A stretch of 40,867 nucleotides of DNA from Spirosoma fluviale (GTDB taxonomy: Bacteria; Bacteroidota; Bacteroidia; Cytophagales; Flexibacteraceae): contig CAMDMI010000001.1 in assembly GCA_945902135.1 (NCBI GenBank), positions 1 to 40,867 on the forward strand, given 5' to 3'. Below, one piece after another: positions 18,201 to 25,600 of the stretch. The translations under genes and the position numbers were made by a program. The notes beneath the pieces are model-generated. The model had not been told where the DNA came from. It saw only the letters and a list, made by a program, of their open reading frames with translations, and searched no databases. Every line of letters starts with the position of its first letter. The first letter of the stretch is position 1.

Positions 18201-20550
18201 AATTAATTTAGCAGAAGATACCTCGAGAAGCACCGTGAAAAACTGCGGACCTTATGTCTGGAACAACCAAGTGCTAGACAGTTCCGGTACTTATTTTTTC
18301 AACACATTTAACGCAAATGGTTGCGATTCAACTGCCCGGCTGGAATTAATCATCTACCCCAAACCCGACACACTTGTGGAGAATATTTCCAGTTGTGGAC
18401 CTTTTTTCTGGAATGGAAATTTGTTTACCCAAAGTGGTTCTTACTTTATTTTCTCGCTTAATGCCAATGGCTGTGACTCCGTTTCCAGGCTAAACCTTCT
18501 GGTTTTACCCACAAGGGATACATCTGTCACTGCCCATCAAAACTGTGGTCCTTATCTGTGGAACGGAAACCTTTATCAAAATTCGGGTACCTATTTTGTG
18601 AATTTCACAGTCCCCGGACTATGTGATTCTTTAGCCCGACTCGATCTTATTATTTATTTGATTGAGACAAGAGATACCGTAAAATCTTGTGGATCTTATT
18701 TTTGGAATAATCAAATATTGACAAGCTCCGGAAATTATCAAGTAACCAACCCCAATGCTCTAGGATGCGATTCCATAGCTTACCTGAACCTGAATGTTTC
18801 ACCAGTTCCTGATACATCAATTACCGTGACACAAAGTTGTGGACCTTATTTCTGGAATGGAGAAACCTATTTCAACACAGGGATTTATTATTATAATTCT
18901 CTCAATCAGAATGGCTGTGACTCTACTGCTAAACTGAATTTAATTGTATTTATTCCGCCACAAGTTTCAATTCTATCTGACTCAAGCTGTGCCAATTACT
19001 TTTGGAATGGAAGGGAATACAACGAGTCGGGAGTCTATGATTTTATCACCCAATTACCCAACGGATGTGATTCCACGGCTAGGCTGTTCCTCACCATAAT
19101 TCCGGTGAGCAGTAATGAAACGGCAAGCTCTTGCGGACCATACAGCTGGAACGGTCAATTGCTGGATTCCAGCGGAACCTACTCAATTACTTCGCCAAAC
19201 ATCCTTGGATGTGACAGCGTTGCAACGCTTCAATTAAGCATCTTCGCTGTTCCTGATACATCCATTACGAATGTAGCCAACTGCGGACCTTATTTTTGGA
19301 ATGGCCTCATCAGAGACAACAGCGGAATTTATTTCTTTAACACCACCAATTCAAACGGTTGTGATTCTATTGCCAATCTAATCCTGACGGTTCTTCCTGT
19401 TCCAGATACCATTCAAACAGTTGATTCTGCCTGTGGATCCTATAACTGGAAAAATCAGGTTCTTACCGAATCCGGTATTTACCTGTTCATCACACCGGGC
19501 CCTCAGGGTGGATGCGACACAGTGTCCAGACTTTTACTCACAGTATTTCCGAATGCATCATCAGAAAGTATTTCAGTCTGCGGAGAATATGTTTGGAATG
19601 GCCAGACTTACAACGACAATGGCACTTATACTTTCACAAGTACAAGCGCAAATGGCTGTGATAGTACCGCAACTTTGATCCTTACCATTCTGCCGCAACC
19701 AGAAACGGACTTTTATGAATTTACCAGGTGTCTGCCATTTTCATGGAATGGTTTCAGTTTTGATACAGCGGGCATTTATGAACTGATAAAACCAATTGCA
19801 GGCGGGTGTGATTCGGTATTCATCGTAACCATATTCAACCCACCGCCAGGCCAAGATTCGTCGGTAACAAATTTGACCAGTTGCGGACCTTTGGTATGGA
19901 ATGGAATTTCAAGGGACAGCAGTGGAATTTATTATTTCACTACCCAGAATGCCTTCGGATGCGATTCTACGGCCCAGCTGAATCTGACCTTGCTGGCAGG
20001 TCCAACATTCATTTCAGAGCCTGTTTCCATCGGATTCGATGAAGGAAATTCGGTGGTACTAAGTGTTCAAACAGATCCAGCATCCGGCAATGGAATTGGT
20101 TTGCATTGGCAGTTAGACAATGGAGCTGGATTTACAGACATAAGTTCAACAGACCCGGCTTACCTCGGATATGACAGCACTTCCCTTACAATTCTGAATA
20201 CACCGCTGGCATTTAATGGCTACCGCTACCGCTGCATTGCAGGAAATGGAACCTGTAGTGACACTTCAGGAATTGCCATCATCACCGAAGCCATTTCAAA
20301 AATTCGTTCCGGACTTTCCTTGAAAGTTCAGCCCAATCCGGCGCACCTATTCTTAATCATCCGAGCCGATTCAAGGTTAAATGGATCTTCATTCCGCCTG
20401 ATAGATTTGAGAGGAGTAGAAGTGCTTTCCGGAAAAATCGATGGAAATGAAACCAAAATTGAACTGGGCGGCCTGCCACCGGGCCTTTATAGTCTATTGG
20501 TAGTTTCCAATACCGGTTCGATTGCACCGGTAAAAATCATCGTAGAATAA
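9298..20550 (+). CDS. giant (3750 aa) modular cell-surface/secreted protein, predicted T9SS type-A cargo
   Basis: A single uninterrupted ORF with this order of parts:
- Signal peptide (LLLVLGLIFILLPAYHTQAQ).
- N-terminal domain resembling choice-of-anchor-J/MAM-like modules (~9400-9900).
- Three ~694-aa tandem modules (CARDB-like plus right-handed beta-helix repeats).
- An extra CARDB-like domain (~16153-16470).
- Two PKD-like domains (YEWYFGD / YEWKFGD, ~16470-16970).
- An Ig-like domain (KFQWFKDNQ...SGAYFVRIWN).
- 17 two-Cys repeats, then a second Ig-like domain (YRYRCIAGNGTC).
- A T9SS CTD. Confidence 0.9.
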   Translation: MNMPNSESDYTLFRPFLLLVLGLIFILLPAYHTQAQVYLLNEDFSSASNSTPPPAWSNFNQAGSSESGLWQFDNPTQLLLNYPVSGKAAVFDTKMMAAGAGPERVSLESPSIDCSINANILLFFNHHLDVGQSGKGVLEVYNGQTWGLQSEFTASTSGTVQEIINISAIAGARSNVKLRFSWEGDTTGFWIIDNIKILVPSPRDLNLFSFDSPKMPFEAGIQPVKISLFNQGIETINSVNIQWNVNGIQQVPFNWSGQLLFGEKIENLEIGSYVFPIGGIRTFRIWINDPNNSNDYNHLNDTITTRLGGALCGNYTIGGENPDFTNFTDATFALNNASISCPVVFKVRPGIYSEQVNLRKILGSSLQNTITFEPENGDSTSVTLQYNFENNSRDYTLSLSGTQNIKLNKLNIQRQNGQIALLLSEKVNGLDIKSCRIGNITSLENGCDSNISISKNALGYLALNGNLNSLGLSIRQNLISIASLNGGRLKGISLKNFKNASIFGNSINVSSKQDFTGFNADAIGMDIVNCNGLQVASNLIKCNSRSVIGNRINQSIGFQVANSVFTQFIQNSISLTGLSGFAMVTGIITDTSSNNLISDGNDFILSANGAASTGGGTSITGIKIKARKCVIKSNIIRLSSINSAPVNLGFESIADSTLISSNIISNSLSGIRITGNGIRIIKNNISTVNGIGIDLANGLGNEVLQNRVTKITNGIACWVRTSNSLIANNFFQTEGSGLSHGILLDSNAFNSKIYFNSINATGTDVFKNSAFVLKASSGSKIQNNIFSCSDAGSSITVLNPGSGIVWSNNCYYSPSNYLLSLNASAVYWLPNLITALGQNSGSISTNPYFNSLDDLSVNQIILNDAAIDIPEIVVDILDSSRGNNPDIGAKEFDPCGYDAGVDRFVGLESPISSGLQPIKILLRNHGINPITNLTIQWSVNGVSQSPFQWNGQLVSGTLEVQIGSYNFIPGVPCKLLAYSVFQNDCNSKNDSIRSGSIASALCGSYTIGGTNSDFSTFTEAVSILTVAGITCPVNFKVANGVYDEQIQLGEIQGSSLINTITFESLSGDSSKSILEYTGISTERDFSLNLRGTDYLNLKNIGVKRTNGNNAILLSDGNHNINFQSCVLGNIFSTGSQVDSSINIANNNSGFIYLNGNQNLSSNKISVVNNKITSDIVGYSNHFGVFISYSSSPLIERNSIYINSKSAISSSTCQTQIACGIGISNSPNAMVQKNYARAGSSFYYGRCSHDAIGLKVGNCVNAIIKKNQFLVESYSSKANTKAALLEGSNANFVLDSNSFSLASTIGQVNETRVVNGILNTSNQSGKITNNQLILGANVEPGMTGIQTSGDSVDIYNNTLSNFNTGIESKCTNARIIKNRIFGIFGNGISLLAGANQVVSRNRILNVTGNGIVIETPNSLTYNNYINVLGNTPSRGIWVKSPATGSRIYFNSVLAKGTDLVSSLALEVESGIGSELKNNIFSNFGSGQAVRVSNLSSNRVWNHNCYFSKNAALFLNSSQSLSSLSEVQTVLGQDANSINVNPYFQSDSVLITCQSLLDNSGMNLAIIQTDIDDQVRNSIPDIGAEEFELCEIDMGINKIVGLQTPISSGFQPINVILQNHGKRTIKSVSILWEVNGISQIPFFWSGSLAGKTEATVQVGNYYFLPGRAYEIKAWTKINDGSLDCNLRNDTSQTGTLVSNLCGVFTIGGNSPDFLSISDAVKALNFTGVSCPVVFKIRNGVYKEQAEIGNIQGSSAINTVTFESESGDSSAVLMEYQTSNANRDFTFGINGTKYLNLYRFGIGRKNGKISLQISGGSHHLSITNSRLGYIYSPNTFTDSAITISGNRCGTIQIQAPSNSRASGIQILNNQIDVSESLTGSSSAVLLGACFKPLVKGNTIKASYLQGSAGSTVISSGIIFSNCQNGIIEDNIVTAISRSQYVNTENIANGLQITQSSKIQVLNNSISAISSQGLAKSIGCSVEGSSVNILIDGNNFSVSSENSVGSSSNQNRGISLIQGSAITVRNNSITPISSTGSGRILFGIFSSASQSEISGNKIIRCGTGIESSGQFSKIFQNRISDIAGTGVKILLGKSQEVFKNKIWGITNGTGLIMQASETSVSNNIIQTKGPGISKGLIVQAGSNNSKILFNSIRIDGTDLDYASALEFQESNGTLIKNNIFANLSNGPAIQIGTIPNQKDWDFNCFYSGGSQFARTANNGYSNITAWGQLISAEVNSKLLQPFFQSDTLLVPNQRQINGAGIPSEGISTDIDGKVRNSLAPDLGAYEFLIDFGLSNLTSPSNSCAKTENEKITLEVNKNGNIPGSNVQLAYQINGGIIIYDTIPGVFDNSIEFTFTQTADLSLEGTYQIKVWLVENQDDNPSNDTLKIKRLSKPVPVVAISNNIGCAQEPVVFNLTTSIPIGEISPLYEWYFGDSDTSIFSTSPAQHIYSRSDTFEVVARAYSLEGCYGEDKKEIILNPTPIAIMEVSDHCFDNQLPLINLSVLENDFATYEWKFGDQTGSTMAEPQKIYSSLGEFEVQLIVTAINSQCRDTVSKTIKVNPLPALSTNLDTAYYENAGFITLAGTPPGGTFIGNGVFENLFNTDFVGLGQTLISYTYGIPGTGCRDTLSQLVTIKEFNFAPSLIFQSTDKDVCAGNPVSLLVQATGTRLKFQWFKDNQVLENDTVPVLNFNPAQVSNSGAYFVRIWNLLDTIQSDNILLKVNALKSRIDSITICPSSSYTLPNGIQANSPGIYVSQFFTSAGCDSTITTILDTSRIIRRNFTATLCNGSVFDFYGQTLTQNGTYSHLVTSGTGCDSLYVLRLNVVIPDTLVQSLSSCKPTFWYGQNIETNGQYYHFVPTQTGSCDSVYQLNFTRTNPPDTSQITVSACGSYQWNGSLYSSSGNYFFNSTTPLGCDSVASLNLTIIPRSDTSITSISNCGPYVWNNLQYSVSGTYFLTFALPSGCDSIARLDLQINLAEDTSRSTVKNCGPYVWNNQVLDSSGTYFFNTFNANGCDSTARLELIIYPKPDTLVENISSCGPFFWNGNLFTQSGSYFIFSLNANGCDSVSRLNLLVLPTRDTSVTAHQNCGPYLWNGNLYQNSGTYFVNFTVPGLCDSLARLDLIIYLIETRDTVKSCGSYFWNNQILTSSGNYQVTNPNALGCDSIAYLNLNVSPVPDTSITVTQSCGPYFWNGETYFNTGIYYYNSLNQNGCDSTAKLNLIVFIPPQVSILSDSSCANYFWNGREYNESGVYDFITQLPNGCDSTARLFLTIIPVSSNETASSCGPYSWNGQLLDSSGTYSITSPNILGCDSVATLQLSIFAVPDTSITNVANCGPYFWNGLIRDNSGIYFFNTTNSNGCDSIANLILTVLPVPDTIQTVDSACGSYNWKNQVLTESGIYLFITPGPQGGCDTVSRLLLTVFPNASSESISVCGEYVWNGQTYNDNGTYTFTSTSANGCDSTATLILTILPQPETDFYEFTRCLPFSWNGFSFDTAGIYELIKPIAGGCDSVFIVTIFNPPPGQDSSVTNLTSCGPLVWNGISRDSSGIYYFTTQNAFGCDSTAQLNLTLLAGPTFISEPVSIGFDEGNSVVLSVQTDPASGNGIGLHWQLDNGAGFTDISSTDPAYLGYDSTSLTILNTPLAFNGYRYRCIAGNGTCSDTSGIAIITEAISKIRSGLSLKVQPNPAHLFLIIRADSRLNGSSFRLIDLRGVEVLSGKIDGNETKIELGGLPPGLYSLLVVSNTGSIAPVKIIVE
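9907..16152 (+). repeat. in-frame triplication of a ~694-aa module (units start at 9907, 11989 and 14068 and end at 16152)
   Basis: Alignable anchors are found in all three units:
- D(L/A/M)..., GxQP(V/I)xIxL, xIQW/LWxVNGxxQxPFxWxGxL.
- CGxYTIGGxxxDFxxxxxAVxxL...CPVxFKVxxGxYxEQxxLxxIxGSSxxNTxTFE.
- NNxxxxNGxGI parallel beta-helix turns.
- A terminal NPDIGAKEF / IPDIGAEEF / APDLGAYEF.

Unit lengths are 2082, 2079 and 2085 nt. Identity in the anchor stretch I aligned by eye is roughly 50% at the aa level. Confidence 0.85.
17455..20004 (+). repeat. 17 tandem in-frame ~150-nt (48-53 aa) two-cysteine repeats
   Basis: Consensus read from the translation: DTSxTxxxxCGPYxWNGxxYxxSGxYxFxxxNxNGCDSxAxLxLxIxPxP. 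850 aa / 17 = 50 aa per unit. The first three and the 16th copies are more divergent. The DNA copies are clearly diverged rather than identical. Confidence 0.9.
20317..20547 (+). other. type-A T9SS C-terminal sorting domain of the giant protein
   Basis: SLKVQPNPAHLFLIIRAD...FRLIDLRGVEVLSGKIDGNETKIELGGLPPGLYSLLVVSNTGSIAPVKIIVE. This is the typical Por_Secre_tail pattern (xxPNP, GxYxL, terminal beta-strand). Confidence 0.8.
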
Positions 20551-20560
20551 GCACACAATT

Positions 20561-20607
20561 AAAATCCTGAGGAGACCTTTGCTAAGCAAATCTCTTCAGG
20601 ATTTTTT
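20561..20607. terminator. bidirectional intrinsic terminator between the convergent giant ORF and the kinase gene
   Basis: AAAATCCTGAGGAGA (20561-20575) pairs with TCTCTTCAGGATTTT (20591-20605), giving 15 bp with one G-U. On the + strand a T6 run follows. On the - strand the stem is followed by TTTTAATT. The right arm lies inside the last codons of the kinase gene. Confidence 0.75.
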
Positions 20608-21451
20608 CAATTCCGGCAATGTAGCCATTGCCAAACAGCTGAACATGAACCAAAAGCGGATGAATGTGATACACAGACACACGTTCACCGAAGCCTGGTT
20701 CAAGCGGAAAAACCTCCAGATATGATTCATAAAACTTTCGGTCAAAGCTCCCGAACAAATAAGTAAAGGCCAGTTCAGATTCCCGGTAGCCATAATAAGC
20801 GGCAGGGTCGATGAAAACTGCCTTCCCATTTTGTCCAACCATCAGATTTCCGGTCCATAAGTCGCCATGTAAAAGTGAGGGCTCTTCCTGAGGGATAATC
20901 CGCCCTAAACGAGCACAAAACGATTCAATCCTCTTGTAAAGGTCAAGCGAAATTTTCTCTTCCATCAGGCAAAGGCCGATGGCCGGCAAAATCCTGTTTT
21001 GAATAAGAAAATCAATTCCATCTAGCTTAGGCCTATTATCCATGGCAAGACTTGCGAGAAAATTTGAATGCGCAAACCCATGCTGGTCTGAGCGTTGTTG
21101 GTGCAGGGAAGCGAGAATTATACCCGCATCCGACCAGGTATTTTGCGTCGGAACACCTTCTTCAACAAATTCTGTCAGGAGAAAATTCCAACCTGCCGTT
21201 TTTCCATACCCGACCACGGCCGGAACTGGAACATGCTGGCGAAGGATTTCCAGGTCAGCTGCTTCAGATCTAAAAAAATCTGGCTCAGGCCTTTCATTCA
21301 TTTTAATGAAAAATTCGCCTTCCGCTGTGGAAAGTCTGGCACAAGTATTTACAAGCCCGGCAGCAGATAAAGAAAAATCAAGAATATCAAGTCCAAGTCC
21401 GGTAGATTCAAACAGCACCGACTCAAAAATCTGTTCAAATTGATTATCCAT
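20582..21451 (-). CDS. fructosamine/ketosamine-3-kinase family protein
   Basis: SLLHGDLWTGNLM catalytic-loop motif, AAYYGYRESELAF, and a length of ~289 aa. I moved the start from the track's TTG (21460) to the ATG at 21451 (MDNQFEQIF). Confidence 0.85.
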   Translation of the reverse strand: MDNQFEQIFESVLFESTGLGLDILDFSLSAAGLVNTCARLSTAEGEFFIKMNERPEPDFFRSEAADLEILRQHVPVPAVVGYGKTAGWNFLLTEFVEEGVPTQNTWSDAGIILASLHQQRSDQHGFAHSNFLASLAMDNRPKLDGIDFLIQNRILPAIGLCLMEEKISLDLYKRIESFCARLGRIIPQEEPSLLHGDLWTGNLMVGQNGKAVFIDPAAYYGYRESELAFTYLFGSFDRKFYESYLEVFPLEPGFGERVSVYHIHPLLVHVQLFGNGYIAGIEKILKRFA

Positions 21452-21671
21452 TTTTATCAAATTTCAGGGATTCGTGCCTTACGAGGGGGAAAGAACGGCG
21501 TATTGGATTGAGCTGGAATTTCTGCTGCATCACAAAGCTATCTTCATTTAATTCCACAAATATTTCCTTCCATTTTTGAAAAAGTTCAGGTTTTCCAAGA
21601 GAAAAGCCCTGCGCATCGATATTTTTGCGGACCAAAAACTCATGAAACCGATCCATTGTCTGTTCCTCCAT
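21444..21671 (-). CDS. small hypothetical protein (75 aa, or 70 aa from the second ATG at 21656), apparently translationally coupled to the kinase gene
   Basis: Its stop overlaps the kinase start in the sequence ATGGATAA (8-nt overlap). No recognisable motif. Coding status is inferred from the coupling geometry only. Confidence 0.4.
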   Translation of the reverse strand: MEEQTMDRFHEFLVRKNIDAQGFSLGKPELFQKWKEIFVELNEDSFVMQQKFQLNPIRRSFPLVRHESLKFDKNG

Positions 21672-22525
21672 TCACCAATAAATTGAAAGCCCAAGATAGA
21701 ACCAAGTTTTTAAATCGCCTTGCAGATGTACTTGGTCAGGAAGAAGGCTACGCAGTTTTCAGGATAATAATCAGGGAACTTGGGGGTAATTCTGTTGCGC
21801 TTCCTGGAAATGAGCTTGTTATGTCTGAGGAGAAATTCTCCCGGTTTGAAGAAATTGTTTCAGGAATTGAGCAAGGAGTACCACTTCAATACCTTTTGGG
21901 CAAAGCTGATTTTTGTGGACTGGAAATTCTGGTAAACCCATCTGTATTAATCCCAAGACCTGAAACAGAGGAATTGGTGGGCGAAGTCCTGAAGACAAGC
22001 CATCAACAAGAAAAACGAATTCTCGACTTAGGTACTGGAAGCGGATGCATTGCCATTGCCTTATCCAAAATGGGTCGATGGAAAAGTGTAAGCGCATTGG
22101 ATTTGAGTGTAGAAGCACTTGAAACGGCCCAACAGAACGCGGAAAAATATGGACAGAAAATCCATTTTTTTCAGGCCAATATACTGGAGGAGATTTCCAA
22201 TGAAGGAGTCTGGGACATTCTGGTCTCCAATCCACCTTATGTGCTGAACTCCGAAGCAAGTACAATGGAAAACCGGGTTTTGAAACACGAGCCCCATCTG
22301 GCGTTGTTTGTTCAGGATTCTGACCCTCTGATTTTTTACCGCAAAATTCTTGAAAGTGTCGAAAAAACCCTGTCAGCAGGTGGTGAGATATTTCTTGAAA
22401 TCAATCCTTTGGAAGCAGCAAACCTATTGAAGCTATACATCGAACATCCATCCATTTCCGAAGCCCGAATCTTAAAGGATATGTTCGGAAAGGACCGGTT
22501 TCTTCATGCAATAAAACTAGCCTGA
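21656..22525 (+). CDS. prmC: peptide chain release factor N5-glutamine methyltransferase
   Basis: PLQYLLGKADFCGLEILVNPSVLIPRPETEEL, the SAM site ILDLGTGSGCIA, and the catalytic VSNPPYV (NPPY). The start is uncertain. The track start is TTG at 21656, another in-frame TTG lies at 21683, and there is no N-terminal ATG. Confidence 0.88.
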   Translation: MSVPPFTNKLKAQDRTKFLNRLADVLGQEEGYAVFRIIIRELGGNSVALPGNELVMSEEKFSRFEEIVSGIEQGVPLQYLLGKADFCGLEILVNPSVLIPRPETEELVGEVLKTSHQQEKRILDLGTGSGCIAIALSKMGRWKSVSALDLSVEALETAQQNAEKYGQKIHFFQANILEEISNEGVWDILVSNPPYVLNSEASTMENRVLKHEPHLALFVQDSDPLIFYRKILESVEKTLSAGGEIFLEINPLEAANLLKLYIEHPSISEARILKDMFGKDRFLHAIKLA

Positions 22526-22602
22526 GTGGAGGCAAATTCTCTTTGGCTTTTCTAAGGATTAATTCAGCATTTGTAAGCAAAAAACAGAGCCAGCTTTATT
22601 TT

Positions 22603-25600
22603 TTACATATCCACAATTACACAGCGGTTGGCGAGAATATCCTCTTCTACCGTCTTGTACTTAACATCCCGCTTCAATTCGCCGTTAAAATACCGAACCG
22701 AAATACGATCGTTGCGGTTGGCAATTTTCTCAACGCGAACCGGCTGTGCTTTTGGACCTTGAGGAGGGCCATCTTCCTGTCCTGGTTCCGGCATACCCGG
22801 CGCCTCGGCACGGCTTTCCCTCAGTTGGGGTTTTGGCTCCTGTCGGGGAGCAGGCCTTTGTGGCTGGGCCGCTTGAGGTGCCTGATCTTCCGCATAAATG
22901 GTGACTTTAAGAATGAACGAAACCAGATCCTCATTCACTTTAAAAATGAACTTGCGGAAAAGGTTTAGTGCCTCAAACTTATACACCAGCAATGGGTCCT
23001 TTTGCTCGTAAACAGCGTTGTTCACCGACTGCTTCAAATCATCCATATCGCGCAGATGTTCCTTCCAGGCCTGATCAATAAAAATGAGGGTTGATTGCTG
23101 CTGAATGGTTTTTACCAATTGAGAACCTTCATTTTCAATGACCTTTTTCAAAGGAACTGAAACCTGCATAAAGCGCTTTCCATCGGTGATGGGCACGACT
23201 ACATTTTCAATCCGACCACCTTGTTCCTGGTCAATTTGCCTGAATACTGGAAGTGAATTCTGTTGAAGAATGTTGCAGCGATTGCGGTATTCTTTGCTCA
23301 CCTGAGAATATAACTTCGAAACAAGATTGTCCTTTTTCTCAGAAGAGAATACACTTTCATCAATGGCAGGAACGAAAGCAAAATTATGCTGGCATTGCAG
23401 CTGGAAATTTTCAAAATCCACCTGACCACCCTTATTGCTTTCTACCACATTGGCGCAAGTATCCCAGATAAGACTCTGGATGTCAAGCTCGAGCCTGTCA
23501 CCCAAAAGGGCATTTTTGCGACGCTTGTAAATTACCTCCCTCTGAGAGTTCATCACATCATCGTATTCAAGAAGGCGCTTCCGGATACCGAAGTTATTTT
23601 CCTCAACTTTTTTCTGTGCACGCTCGATGGAGTTTGTGATCATGGAATGCTGGATTACCTCGCCTTCCTTGAAGCCCATTCTGTCCATGAGTTTGGAAAT
23701 TCTTTCGGAGCCGAAGAGGCGCATCAAATCGTCTTCCAAACTCACAAAAAACTGAGAACTACCCGGGTCTCCCTGCCGGCCGGACCGGCCGCGAAGCTGC
23801 CGGTCAACGCGCCGCGATTCGTGGCGCTCGGTACCGATAATGGCAAGTCCACCCGCGTTCCGCGAGACATCCGTAAGTTTAATATCGGTACCGCGGCCGG
23901 CCATGTTGGTGGCAATCGTTACCGTACCCGGTTTACCAGCCTCAGAAACAATTTCGGCTTCTTTCTGGTGGTACTTGGCATTCAACACCTGATGACGAAT
24001 GTTGCGAATCTTCAGCATCCGGCTTAATAATTCAGAAATCTCAACCGAAGTGGTACCCACCAAAACCGGCCTGTCGGCCTTTGTGAGTATTTCAATTTCT
24101 TCCACTACCGCATTGAATTTTTCACGAACGGTTTTGTAAACCTTGTCCTCAGCATCCTTGCGAACAGCCTTGCGGTTGGTCGGAATGCTCACCACATCCA
24201 ACTTGTAAATTTGCCAGAATTCACCTGCCTCGGTTTCGGCAGTTCCTGTCATACCAGCCAACTTGTGGTACATTCTGAAATAATTCTGAAGTGTAACGGT
24301 GGCATAAGTCTGGGTAGCGTCCTCAATCTTCACGCTTTCCTTTGCTTCAATTGCCTGGTGTAATCCATCGGAATAGCGGCGGCCTTCCATCACACGACCC
24401 GTTTGCTCATCCACAATTTTTACCTTTCCATCTACAAGAATGTATTCAACATCCTTTTCAAACAGGCAATAGGCCTTAAGCAACTGCTGAATGGTGTGAA
24501 TCCGCTGGGATTTCTCACCATACTCGCTTACCAGTTTATCTTTTGCCTCAATTTTTTGCTGCGGATTCAGGGCCTTGTCATTTTCAATCCCTGCCATTGC
24601 AGCACCGATATCGGGCAAAATGAAAAATGTTGGATCTTCTCCTGAAGTTGTGATGAAATCAATTCCAAGTTCAGCGAGATCAATTGAATTGTGGCGCTCG
24701 TCGATGGTGAAATAAAGAACTTTATCCGCCTCAGGCATCTTCTTCTGGTTGTCTTCCAGATGGATGTTTTCTGTCTTCTGAAGAATAACCCGAATGCCCG
24801 GCTCACTTAAAAACTTAATCAGTGGTTTGTATTTGGGAAGTCCGCGGTGCGCCCGGAAAAGGGCAAGTCCGCCCTCCTTTTCATTGTTCTCAGCCAAAAG
24901 TTTCTTGGCATCTATCAACAACTTTTGAACCAGCGCTTTTTGGGCTTCCACAAGCTTCAAAATCCGAGGCTTTAGAACCTCAAAATCCTGCCTGTCGCCC
25001 TGGGCCATTGGACCTGAAATAATCAAAGGGGTTCTGGCATCATCAACCAGCACAGAATCGACTTCATCTACCATTGCATAATGCAACCTCCGCTGTACAA
25101 GCTCTTCTTTATCGTGCGCCATATTGTCGCGCAGATAATCAAAACCAAATTCGTTGTTGGTTCCCCAGGTAATGTCTGCCTGGTAAGCCTTGCGCCTCGC
25201 TTCGGTATTGGGCTGGTGCCGGTCAATGCAATCCACGCGAAGTCCGTGAAATTCATAGATTGATCCCATCCATTCGGAGTCACGCTTGGCCAGGTAATCA
25301 TTCACGGTAACAATGTGAACACCACGGCCTCCAAGCGAATTGAGGTAAGCTGGCAAGGTGGAAACAAGTGTTTTTCCTTCCCCAGTTGCCATCTCTGAAA
25401 TTTTACCTTGGTGTAAAACAGTTCCACCAATCAGCTGAACATCGTAATGCACCATTTCCCATCGAAGGTCGTGACCGGCAACTTTCCATGTAGAACTCCA
25501 GAAGGCTTTGTCGCCATCAATGCGAATGCTATCCCTGTTGGCGGCCAATTCACGGTCGAAATCACTGGCGCTTACTTCAATGCCATCGGAAGTAGCAAAG

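Noticed and set aside
17455-20004. Regularly spaced ~150-nt repeats that could superficially suggest a CRISPR-like or satellite array
   Set aside because: The period is 150 nt, the copies are in frame within one ORF, and they are strongly diverged at the DNA level with no conserved repeat/unique spacer alternation. There are also no cas genes. It is a protein-domain array.
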